A stretch of DNA of 64,000 nt from an uncultured Verrucomicrobiae bacterium (GTDB taxonomy: Bacteria; Verrucomicrobiota; Verrucomicrobiia; Limisphaerales; Palsa-1400): positions 32,001 to 96,000 of the forward strand of contig CAVPOM010000015.1 in assembly GCA_963707025.1 (NCBI GenBank), given 5' to 3'. This document shows positions 29,144-38,542 of this stretch, one piece after another. The translations under genes were made by a program, and so were the position numbers. The notes under the pieces are model-generated. The model did not search any database and was not told the origin of the DNA. It saw only the letters and a list, made by a program, of their open reading frames with translations. Every line of letters starts with the position of its first letter. Position 1 is the first letter of the stretch.

Positions 29144-30202
29144 ATGAAGCAGAAAGCGTATGCCGCCGCCGGCGTGGACATTGACCTGGGCAATAAAGTC
29201 AAAGCCGCGCTGCCCCGCTTGCTGGCCTGCACGCGCCGCCGCGAAGTGCTCGGCCAGGTGGGCGGCTTCGGCGGCCTGTTCGCCCTCGACACCAAAAAAT
29301 TCCGCCAGCCGGTCCTGGTGGCCAGCACCGACGGCGTGGGCACCAAGCTCAAGATCGCCTTCGCCATGAACCGCCACGACACCGTCGGCCAGGACCTGGT
29401 CAATCATTGCGTCAACGACATCGCCGTGCTGGGGGCGGAACCGCTGTTTTTCCTGGATTACATCGGCACGGGGACGCTGCGGCCCCATGTCTTCAGCCAG
29501 TTGATGGCCGGCTTCGCCCGCGCCTGCGCCGCCAATCATTGCGCGCTGCTCGGCGGCGAAACGGCGCAAATGCCCGGTTTTTACCGGCCCGGCGAATATG
29601 ATCTCAGCGGCACGATTGTCGGCGTGGTGGAAAAGGCGCGCATTCTCGACGGCAAAACCATCCGGCCCGGCGACGCCGTCCTTGGCCTGGCCTCCAGCGG
29701 CCTGCACACCAACGGCTATTCGCTGGCCCGCCGGATTTTGTTCGGGCGGTTGAAGCTCAAGCCGGGCAGCTTTGTGCGCGAACTGAACAACACGCTGGGC
29801 GGGGAGTTGCTCAAGGTGCATCTGAGCTACGGCCCGCTCCTGGGCAGGCTCCTGCAAAAGTTTAATCCGCCCGCGGCGCACGCCAGGCCGGCGGTCAAGG
29901 GTCTGGCCCACATCACCGGCGGGGGCTTTATTGACAACATCCCCCGCGTCCTCCCGCGGAACTGCGATGTGGTGGTGCGCAAAGGTTCGTGGGAGGCGCC
30001 GCCCCTGTTTGAATTGCTCCGCGCCAAAGGCGGGGTGGAGGAGGCGGAGCTTTATCAGGTCTTCAACATGGGCATCGGCATGACCGTCATTGTGGCCGCG
30101 GAGCAGGCCGGGGCGGCGCTGCGCTTTATCCGCGCCCAAAGACAAAGGGCCTGGTTGATTGGCCAAGTGGTCCCGGGCACGGGCCTGGCCCGGATGATTT
30201 GA
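29144..30202 (+). CDS. purM: Phosphoribosylformylglycinamidine cyclo-ligase (AIR synthetase)
   Basis: Y..AGVDI, STDGVGTK, GGETAQMPG, SSGLHTNGYSL, HITGGG, FNMGIG. Confidence 0.96.
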   Translation: MKQKAYAAAGVDIDLGNKVKAALPRLLACTRRREVLGQVGGFGGLFALDTKKFRQPVLVASTDGVGTKLKIAFAMNRHDTVGQDLVNHCVNDIAVLGAEPLFFLDYIGTGTLRPHVFSQLMAGFARACAANHCALLGGETAQMPGFYRPGEYDLSGTIVGVVEKARILDGKTIRPGDAVLGLASSGLHTNGYSLARRILFGRLKLKPGSFVRELNNTLGGELLKVHLSYGPLLGRLLQKFNPPAAHARPAVKGLAHITGGGFIDNIPRVLPRNCDVVVRKGSWEAPPLFELLRAKGGVEEAELYQVFNMGIGMTVIVAAEQAGAALRFIRAQRQRAWLIGQVVPGTGLARMI

Positions 30203-30217
30203 AGGGATGACAGCCGC

Positions 30218-31501
30218 ATGAGCATTTTTGAGGAACTGGCCTGGCGCGGTTTGGTGGCCGATTGCACCGACCGGGCGGAATTGCAAAAGCGGCTGGAGAC
30301 GCCCGTCACCCTTTACTGCGGCTTCGACCCGTCGGCGGACAGTTTGCATGTCGGCAACCTGGTGCCGCTGCTCGCCTTGCGCCGCTTTCAATTGCTGGGG
30401 CATCATCCCATCGCCGTGGCCGGCGGCGCCACCGGCTCCATCGGCGACCCCAGCGGCAAAACCGCCGAGCGCCAGCTCCTGAGCCAGGAAACACTCCAGG
30501 CCAACATCGCCCGCGTCAAGGAGCAGATGCGCCGCCTGTTGGATTTCGACGCCGCCGCCAATCCCGCCCGCCTCCTGGACAACGCCGACTGGACCCGCCC
30601 GGTCGGCTATCTGGATTTTCTGCGCGACATCGGCAAGCATTTTACTGTCAATCAAATGGTGGGCAAGGAGAGCGTGCGCGCGCGCATGGAGGACCGCGCC
30701 GCGGGCATCAGCTACACCGAATTCAGCTACATGCTCCTGCAAGCCTTTGATTTTTATCACTTGCGCCGGGAACTGGACTGCGAATTGCAAATCGGCGGCT
30801 CCGACCAGTGGGGCAACATCACCGCCGGCATTGATCTCATCCGCAAAAAACTCGGCGCCCGCGCCTGGTGCCTCACCACCCCGCTCATCACCAACGCCGA
30901 CGGCACCAAATTCGGCAAAACCGCCGCCGGCGCCGTCTGGGTGGACGCCGCCATGACCAGCGTCTATCGCTTCTTCCAGTTTTGGATCCGCACCGACGAC
31001 CGCGACGTGCTGCGTTACCTGAATTATTTCACCTTTCTAAGTCAAGACGAAATTTCCGCGCTGGCCGCGGAGCACGCCGCCCGGCCCGAAGCCCGCGCCG
31101 CCCACCAGGCGCTGGCCAGGGCCATGACCGGCCTGGTCCACGGCGCCTCCGCCGCGGCCGAGGCCGTGCGCGCGAGCGAGATTCTCTTTGGCGGCGGCCT
31201 GGAAGGCATTTCGGAAGGAACCTTCAACGAAATCGCCGGCGAAATTCCGGGCCGGGAAATTGCACGAGACAAATTCGGCGGCGCGGGCGCGCCGCTGGTG
31301 GAATTGCTCGTCCTGGGCGGCCTTTGCCCGTCAAAAGGCCAGGCGCGCAAGGACATCGAGGGCGGGGGCGTCTATGTCAACAATAATCGCGAAGCCAGTC
31401 CCCTGCGCCGCATCACCGCCGGCGACCTGCATTTTGGCAAACACCTTTTATTGCGCAAGGGCCGGAGAAACCATGTTGTCCTCACCGCCAAAACCCCTTG
31501 A
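30218..31501 (+). CDS. tyrS: Tyrosine--tRNA ligase
   Basis: YCGFDPSADSLHVGN, QIGGSDQWGNI, KFGKT, S4 domain. Confidence 0.97.
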   Translation: MSIFEELAWRGLVADCTDRAELQKRLETPVTLYCGFDPSADSLHVGNLVPLLALRRFQLLGHHPIAVAGGATGSIGDPSGKTAERQLLSQETLQANIARVKEQMRRLLDFDAAANPARLLDNADWTRPVGYLDFLRDIGKHFTVNQMVGKESVRARMEDRAAGISYTEFSYMLLQAFDFYHLRRELDCELQIGGSDQWGNITAGIDLIRKKLGARAWCLTTPLITNADGTKFGKTAAGAVWVDAAMTSVYRFFQFWIRTDDRDVLRYLNYFTFLSQDEISALAAEHAARPEARAAHQALARAMTGLVHGASAAAEAVRASEILFGGGLEGISEGTFNEIAGEIPGREIARDKFGGAGAPLVELLVLGGLCPSKGQARKDIEGGGVYVNNNREASPLRRITAGDLHFGKHLLLRKGRRNHVVLTAKTP

Positions 31502-31799
31502 TGGGCGGGAAATGGTAAGAATGTTCAGGATCACCTTGGTCGCGGCGACCAATTATTACCAGGCGCGTTTCTGCCGTGCCATAGGCCAGTAAGCTCTCCG
31601 ACCGGCATTCCAACCGGCTTATTTGGGCAGGGCGGAAAGCAGGGCCAGGATGGCCTGCTGTTGCAGAAACTCAACATTGGCATAAGATGGGGCACCAGAC
31701 GGGAGCGGCACTCCACCTTTCTTGTCCAAGGCTTGCCTGGCGGGCTTACTCTTCCCGGCTGGGCGTTAACATAACTGAGCATTCGACGCCGAATCGGAT

Positions 31800-34700
31800 C
31801 TACACTTCCAGGCGATCGCCGGATCGGGCTACCAGCAGATAGAGGGCCGGCATGAGGAAAACGCTTATCAAAAGACGGGTGAAAAGTCCGCTCACGATCA
31901 CCAGCGCAAAGGGACGCTGGGAATCGGTGCCGACCCCCGTGGCCAGCGCCGCCGGCAACAGCCCCAGCGCCGCCACTAACGCGGTCATCATAATGGGCCG
32001 CAGCCGCAGGATGGCCCCCTCCCGGACCGATTGGGCAATGCCGCCGCCGTTGCGGCGCAGTTCATTGACGTAAGAGATATAGACCACCGCCGTCTGCACG
32101 GAAACGCCAAACAAGGCCAGAAAACCGATGCCGGAGGAGACGGAGAACGGCGTGTGCGTCAGCCAGAGCGCCACGATCCCCCCCACCGGCGCTGTCAATA
32201 ATACTCCCAGCACCGTGATGAAGGGGAACTTCAAGTTGCTGTAGAGGGCGAACAGCAGCAGAAAAATCAGGGACAGCGTCAGGGGCAGGATGATGCGGAG
32301 CTGGGCGCGCGACGAGGTGTATTCGGTGTATTCGCCGCCCCAATCCAGGTAGTAGCCCTCCGGCAAGGGCACCGCCGCCTTGACCTGTGCCCTGGCGTCG
32401 TTGACCGCCCCGGCCAGGTCGCGGCCTTCCACGGAGAATTGCACGCCGATGTAGCGGGAATTGCTTTCGCGATAGATGAAGGCGGCGCTGTTCTCGACCT
32501 GGATGTCGGCGAATTCCCGCAGCGGAATCTGCTGGCCGCCGGGCGTGGCAACCAGGATGCGGCCGATTTGTTCGGGTGTGCCGCGGTACGGCTCGGCCAG
32601 CCGGACCACCAGATCAAACTGCTTTTCGCCCTGCACCACCTGCGTCGCCGCCGTGCCGCCGACAGCCGCCTGGATCAATCCGTTGATGTCGGCCACATTC
32701 AAGCCGTAGCGGGCGATATTGGCGCGGTTAATGTTGACGGCCAGACTCGGCTGCCCCAACTCCTGCACCAGCGTGACTTCCTCGATGCCGCGCACTTGTT
32801 CCACGATTTTCTTGATGGCTTTGCCCTTGCTTTCCAGCACGTGCAAGTCCGGCCCGAACACCTTCACCGCCAGCGAGCTTTTCAACCCGGTCTCCGCCTC
32901 GTCCACCGCGTCCTCGGCGGGCTGGGTGTAATTGAAAATGATTCCCGGAAAGGCCTCGAGCTTTTGCTTGACGGCCTCGATCAATTGGGCCTTGGTCCGA
33001 TAGGCGCCCTTCCACTCGGAGTAGGGCTTGAGACCCACATAATATTCGCAGTTGAAAAAGCCCGTCGGGTCCGTGCCGTCGTCGGGGCGGCCGTGTTCGT
33101 CGGCAACGATGGTGACTTCGGGAAAGGAACGGAGGATATCGCGAATCTGCGGGGAAAGCTTGGACGATTCCTCGAACGAAATGGTGTAGGGCATGGTGGC
33201 GCGCACCCACAACGCGCCTTCGTCCAATTGGGGCATGAACTCGGCGCCGATGGAGGGGATGAGGAGGAGGGATGCGGCCAGGACAAGAGCGGACAGTAGC
33301 GCGGTAAACCACGGGTAAGCCAGGCATAAGTCCAGGCCGGCGACGTAGGCTTTCTTGACGGCCTCGAAGGCCGGGTTGCGCCGTTCTGTGACACCCTTGC
33401 GCAAGGCCCAGGAACAAACGACGGGCAACAAGATGAGCGTGACGACCAAGGAACCGATCAGGGCGTAAATCATGGTGTCGGCCATGGGGGTAAACAGTTT
33501 GCCGGACGGGCCGGACAAAACATAAATGGGGAGGAAGCCGGCCACGATCACGGCGACGGCGTAAAAAATCGGGCGGTCCACCTCCGCGGCGGCCTCGAGG
33601 ATGACTTCGCGGATGTGGAGTGGTTGGCCGGCGCGAGCCGCCACTTGGCGGAAGATGTTCTCGACCATGACGACCGCGCCATCCACCAGAATGCCGAAGT
33701 CCACGGCGCCGATGGAAAGGAGATTGGCGGAGACATTTTTCAGGTCGAGGCAGATAAAGGCGAACAACATGGCCAGCGGGATGGCGGTGGCGACGATCAG
33801 GCCGGCGCGAACATCATAGAGGAAAAGAATGAGGACGATGACGACCAGCGCCATGCCGCGCAACAAGTTGTCCTCAACGGTTCTGGTGGTCAGGGCGATC
33901 AGTTCGCTCCGGTCGTAGAAGGGGAGAATCTTGACATCCTTGGGCAGGATCTTCTCGTTCAGCTCCCTGGTTTTGGCCTCGACGGCCTTGAGGACACTTT
34001 GGGTTTTTTCGCCGGTGCGCATGAGGATGACGCCCTCCACCGCGTCATCCTGGCCCATGTAACCGAACTGGCCGAGGCGGGGCGCGCTGCCGATGACGAC
34101 CTTGCCGATGTCCTTGACCAGCACGGGGGTGCCGTTATGCACGGCCAAGACCACATTTTCGATGTCCTCCAGCGTGGCCAGCCGCCCCAAGCCGCGCACA
34201 TAATAGAACTGGCCGCCCTGGGAATAGAACCCGCCGCCGGCGTTGCCGTTGTTGGCGGCGAGAGAGGCGGCGATGGCGGTGACGGAAAGGCCCGCCCCGG
34301 CAATCTTCCCCGGGTCCAGCACGACTTGATACTGCATGGTTTCGCCGCCCAAGCCCGAATCATCGGCCACGCCGGGGACGGATTTGAACTGCCGTTCCAC
34401 CACCCAGTCATCTATAATTTTAAGCTCCATGGGCGAACGGTCGCGGCTTTGCATGACATAGCGGTAGATCAAACCGGAAGGCGAATACATGGGGGCGACC
34501 GACGGCGTGACCCCGCCGGGCAGGCTGAGGTCGGCAATGCGCTCGTAAACGCGCTGGCGCGCGAAATAAATATCCGTGCCGTCTTCATAGGTGAGGATGA
34601 CGTTGGACAAACCGTAAAGAGAAATGGAGCGGACCACGCTCATGTGCGGGATGCCGGTCATCTCCAGTTCGATGGGCACGGTGATGAGGCGTTCCACTTC

Positions 34701-34928
34701 CTCGGAGGCCTGGCCGGGCCATTGGGTGATGATCTCGACCATGGGCGGGGAAAGGTCGGGATACGCGTCCACGGGCAGCCGGTTGAGGGATCTGGCTCCG
34801 GCGCCGACGAGCAGCGCGGTGAGGAGGACGACCAGGAAACGCTGCCGCAGCGAGGAGGCGACGATGCGGTTAATGACCGAACCTGTGCGCGACGGGCCGC
34901 TTGGAATGGGCAGGTTTTCCCCGTTCAT
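31800..34928 (-). CDS. CusA/CzcA family heavy-metal RND permease
   Basis: LPVDAYPDL, FYDRSELI, ANLLSIGAVDFGILVDG, RLRPIMMTA. Confidence 0.93.
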   Translation of the reverse strand: MNGENLPIPSGPSRTGSVINRIVASSLRQRFLVVLLTALLVGAGARSLNRLPVDAYPDLSPPMVEIITQWPGQASEEVERLITVPIELEMTGIPHMSVVRSISLYGLSNVILTYEDGTDIYFARQRVYERIADLSLPGGVTPSVAPMYSPSGLIYRYVMQSRDRSPMELKIIDDWVVERQFKSVPGVADDSGLGGETMQYQVVLDPGKIAGAGLSVTAIAASLAANNGNAGGGFYSQGGQFYYVRGLGRLATLEDIENVVLAVHNGTPVLVKDIGKVVIGSAPRLGQFGYMGQDDAVEGVILMRTGEKTQSVLKAVEAKTRELNEKILPKDVKILPFYDRSELIALTTRTVEDNLLRGMALVVIVLILFLYDVRAGLIVATAIPLAMLFAFICLDLKNVSANLLSIGAVDFGILVDGAVVMVENIFRQVAARAGQPLHIREVILEAAAEVDRPIFYAVAVIVAGFLPIYVLSGPSGKLFTPMADTMIYALIGSLVVTLILLPVVCSWALRKGVTERRNPAFEAVKKAYVAGLDLCLAYPWFTALLSALVLAASLLLIPSIGAEFMPQLDEGALWVRATMPYTISFEESSKLSPQIRDILRSFPEVTIVADEHGRPDDGTDPTGFFNCEYYVGLKPYSEWKGAYRTKAQLIEAVKQKLEAFPGIIFNYTQPAEDAVDEAETGLKSSLAVKVFGPDLHVLESKGKAIKKIVEQVRGIEEVTLVQELGQPSLAVNINRANIARYGLNVADINGLIQAAVGGTAATQVVQGEKQFDLVVRLAEPYRGTPEQIGRILVATPGGQQIPLREFADIQVENSAAFIYRESNSRYIGVQFSVEGRDLAGAVNDARAQVKAAVPLPEGYYLDWGGEYTEYTSSRAQLRIILPLTLSLIFLLLFALYSNLKFPFITVLGVLLTAPVGGIVALWLTHTPFSVSSGIGFLALFGVSVQTAVVYISYVNELRRNGGGIAQSVREGAILRLRPIMMTALVAALGLLPAALATGVGTDSQRPFALVIVSGLFTRLLISVFLMPALYLLVARSGDRLEV

Positions 34929-36115
34929 TGGTCTTGTAAGAATTGAACAAACAGGCCGCCTTCAACCACGATTTGATTGCCGTCCTTGAGGCCGGAATTG
35001 ATTTGATACTGGTCGCCCACCCGGGCGCCGAGAACGACGCGGCCGCGCTGGAAGCTGCCGTCGGCCTGGGCGAGATAGACAAACGGCAGATTCTCAGAAT
35101 CGCGCAACACGGCGGAGACGGGAACGAGCACGCCGGAGGTTTGTGTTTGGGAATGGAGGAGGACGCGGACATACATTTGCTTTTTGAGGATGGCGTCGGG
35201 GTTTTTTACGACCACGCGCACGCCGATGGAGCGGGTGTTGGGGTCAACGATGGCGGAGATGTTGTCCACGACGCCGGGATAAGATCGGGTGGTGGCGCTG
35301 GTGATGACCTCGGCGGCGTCGCCCAAGGCGACGGAGGAGAGGTCCGATTCGTAGATATCGGCGAGGACCCAGACTTGGGAAAGGTCAGCGACGGTGAAGC
35401 AAGGGGTGGCGGCGGGCAACAAGAGCTCGCCGGGGGTGATGAGTTTTTCCACGACCGTGCCGGCCAGGGGCGAACGAATCAGACCCGGGACAGGCGAGGT
35501 GGCCCTGCCCTCTTGAATGGCCTTGATGGTCTCAGAGTCCACTTTGAGCGAGACGAGTTGTTGGAGGGCGGCATCGGCATCGGCGGCCGCATTGGTGGCA
35601 TCAATTCTGGCTTGCTCGGCTTCGCGCAGGCTGATGCCGTGATGCTCGATCAACTGCTGGTCTTGTTCGGCCAGTTCGAGAGTGATTTTTGCCGTGGCGA
35701 GCGCCTTCCGGTAAGTGGTGATGGCGGTGGCAAAGTCCGGCGAGTCCACCTCCGCCAACGGCTGCCCCGCCTTGACCTGATCTCCGAGGGAAACCAGCAG
35801 CCGGGAGACCGGTCCGGACATGGGCGCCAGAATGGTGGTGGCCTGGTCGTTGTCGAAGTCAACGGTGCCGGTCGTATCCACGGTCTTGTGGAAGTTGGAA
35901 AGCGCCACGGTGGACAGATGTATGTTCTGGTGTTGAGCTGCCGTCAGGGTGACATTGCTGGCGGTGATCGAGGATGTCTCCGCGTGGCTGTCCGTGCGGG
36001 GTGAACAGCCCGGGCAGAGGAGCGCCGTGAAGCCGGCGGCCAAAAGGGTCGAGACCGCGCGCGCGAGACCTTCGCAAAGTCGAGGCGGCATGGGACCCAA
36101 GAGTGTGTTTTTCAT
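34925..36115 (-). CDS. RND periplasmic adaptor (CzcB-like)
   Basis: APMSG.V..LLV.LGD.V.AGQPL, IRSPLAGTVV, VADLSQVWV.ADIYE. Confidence 0.88.
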   Translation of the reverse strand: MKNTLLGPMPPRLCEGLARAVSTLLAAGFTALLCPGCSPRTDSHAETSSITASNVTLTAAQHQNIHLSTVALSNFHKTVDTTGTVDFDNDQATTILAPMSGPVSRLLVSLGDQVKAGQPLAEVDSPDFATAITTYRKALATAKITLELAEQDQQLIEHHGISLREAEQARIDATNAAADADAALQQLVSLKVDSETIKAIQEGRATSPVPGLIRSPLAGTVVEKLITPGELLLPAATPCFTVADLSQVWVLADIYESDLSSVALGDAAEVITSATTRSYPGVVDNISAIVDPNTRSIGVRVVVKNPDAILKKQMYVRVLLHSQTQTSGVLVPVSAVLRDSENLPFVYLAQADGSFQRGRVVLGARVGDQYQINSGLKDGNQIVVEGGLFVQFLQDQ

Positions 36116-36117
36116 TC

Positions 36118-37612
36118 TCACTTTTCTTTCAGTTCGGCTTGATTCCACCATCCGCCGCCCAGAGCTTGGAACAACGCAGCGGTGTCGGCAAAACGATTGG
36201 CCTGGGCCTGAACAAGGTTGAGTTCGGCTTGCTGGTAGGTTTGCTCCGCGTTCAACAAAGCCAGGTAGCCGCCATAGCCGACCTGCCATTGCTGGCTGGA
36301 GAGATCCAGGGTCACTTTGGCGGCCGCGGCAGCCGCGGCGGACGTTCTGGAGAGCGGCGGCGTCCTGTTCGAGCGCGTTGAGGGTGTCGGCGACATTTTG
36401 GCAGGCCGTCAGGACTGTGCTGCGGTACTGTTGGGCGGCCTGAAGGTAGGCGGCCTTGGCGGCACGTTCCTGGCGGAGCAGAGTGCCTCCCTCAAAAATG
36501 GGTTGGGAGAGGGTGCCACCGATCCCCCAAATGCCGGAGCCGGAGGTGAACAACTGGTCCAGGCTCAGGGCGGTGCTGCCGGCGTTGGCGGTCAGGGTGA
36601 TGTTGGGAAACCGATTGGCGGTGGCAATTCCAATCTGCGCGCTCGCGGCGTGCAGGTTCTGCTCGGCCTGAAGAATATCAGGACGCTGTTCCACCAGCTT
36701 GGAAGGCAGGCTCAACGGGAGTTCGTCCGGCAGTTTCAGCTTGGAAAGATCGAAAACTTCGCCGTTCTGATCACTGGGGAAATCACCGGCCAAAACCGCC
36801 AGAAGGTCGTGTTGCAGGGCCAGTTGTTTGAGCAAGGGCGGGAGCGTGGCGGCGGCCTGGGCGAGTTGCGATTCCTGCGCGGCGATATCCAGTCCGCTGG
36901 CGTGCCCCTTGGCGTACTGGTATTGCACGATTTCCAGCATGTTGGAGTTAATGGCGATGATCTGGCGTGTCGTGGCAATCTGCGCCCGCAACGAGGCGTC
37001 CTGAATCGCCGCCACCACCACGTTGGCGCTCAAGCTGAGATAGGTCGCGATCATCTGAAAGCGCGAGCTTTGTTCCTGCGCCCGGGAGGACTCGACGGTG
37101 CGGCGGTTCAGGCCAAAAACATCGGGCACGTAGGACACGCTGACTTGAGGGGTGAACAGATTGTATTCAAACACATTGGCATTGGGCGTGGGAGCGAGAA
37201 AACCAGACTGCCTCTGGCGGCTGGCAGAGAAGGAAGCGTCCAAATGGGGAAAATAAGCGCCCCGCTGCGCCAGCAGATTTTCGTGCGCCATCAGCAAGGC
37301 CGCCTGCGCCGCCTGGAGGTCGGGATTGTTGGTCAGGGAACGTTTGATCAGCTCGTTGAGCGGCTCCGAGTGAAACAAGGCCCACCACTGTCCCGGAATT
37401 TCCAGTCCTGGAACGAAGCGCTGGGCTTCCCCACCGGCGACGTTGGTTGTAGCGGAGGTGCTGCTGAGCGGAAGGGCAGTATAACTTTTCACTGGCGGAG
37501 CCGCCGGCCGCTTGAAATCCGGCCCCACGGCGCAGCCCGCCACGACCCAGAAAGCCAGGCCGACAGAGGCCACGACCGGCAACTTGGCTGAAATATAAGT
37601 TTGACTGATCAT
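36118..37612 (-). CDS. RND outer-membrane factor lipoprotein, frameshift near 36345
   Basis: AGCAVGPDF, WWALF, LPSKLVEQRPDI; C-terminus LFQALGGGWW in another frame. Confidence 0.88.
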
Positions 37613-37770
37613 AATTGATTATTCTTGGTGTTCCGCAACCCGGCTTCGGAGACGCAAGACGGCATAAGGCACGACCCGTTGTTGGTGACTCGCTGGTCAA
37701 TCCGTCTTGTCGCGGGCCGCCTTGCGCCGTCGCCGGCGGCGGGCCGTCGCTGGTCAAAACCGGGACGAAA

Positions 37771-38088
37771 CTAGGAGATGGGCGGGGCGCGACTGGGAGC
37801 CAGCCGCAGGTCAACCTGGAGAACAGCCGCGGTTTGTCGGGCGGGAGTCAAAGCGATGAAAACCGGAGTGAAAGTGCCGGGGAGGGGAGCCGGCGATGGG
37901 CAATCGAGATGGCCTTGAGCCATCATGCAGAGCAGGCAGCCGTCGCCGGCGGGGTGGCTGTCGTTGTGCAGCCGTTGATGCAGGGCGGCAGAGGGCGCGG
38001 CGGAGGTCAGAAGCAAGAGGGCCGCAGCCAGGAACGCGGCGAATGCCGGCCGGGCGAGGCGTTTGATGCGATGCCGAAACCGCTGCAA
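37771..38088 (-). CDS. DUF2946-like leader protein with His/CxxC motif and C-terminal RAPP
   Basis: TM helix, LHQRLHNDSH..CLLC....GH, ends SRAPPIS; upstream of the metal RND operon; TTG start inferred. Confidence 0.75.
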   Translation of the reverse strand: MQRFRHRIKRLARPAFAAFLAAALLLLTSAAPSAALHQRLHNDSHPAGDGCLLCMMAQGHLDCPSPAPLPGTFTPVFIALTPARQTAAVLQVDLRLAPSRAPPIS

Positions 38089-38097
38089 GATTTGTTG

Positions 38098-38126
38098 AGA
38101 ATAACATCCGGCGGTCGGCGGCGCAA
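38098..38126 (-). promoter_or_regulatory. Putative sigma70 promoter for the leader and RND operon
   Basis: TTGCGC-N17-TATTCT, about 10 bp upstream of the TTG. Confidence 0.5.
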
Positions 38127-38542
38127 GGGTGAGTTTGGGGCAATGCTCGTCGCCGTTTCCAGTGGGACGCGCTTTCCAGCGGCGGAGGTCTCCCAACTGC
38201 CAAAAGCGGCAGATTGGCCTGGGGAGAACAAAAAGGGGGATTATTGAACAGGAAGGAAGGGAGATCAATGGAGCGGGTGAAGGAAATCGAAGCCCCGTTT
38301 CGATGATATTCTTTGTTATTGATAATGAGGCATGTTGCAAATTTCATGTGAAAGCGCGGTTTCGATTTGGTGTGGCCATCCATTCAAATGCATGGCCAAT
38401 AGTGCTAACAGCGGCTCGAGATTTCCGCTCTTTTTTAGCCTGACGGGACGGCTCAAAACGCACCTTGAAAATCTCTTAAAAACGCCTCGCTGGCCAACCA
38501 AAATCTACGATTCACGTGATTCGAGTTTTTGGACCTGATGGG

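Noticed and set aside
31531..31782. 83-aa ORF between tyrS and the RND permease
   Set aside because: No motif and atypical composition.
34925..37612. 895-aa OMF-MFP fusion
   Set aside because: A frameshift artefact: the true OMF C-terminus (LFQALGGGWW) is in another frame ending at 36118, and the MFP has its own ATG at 36115.
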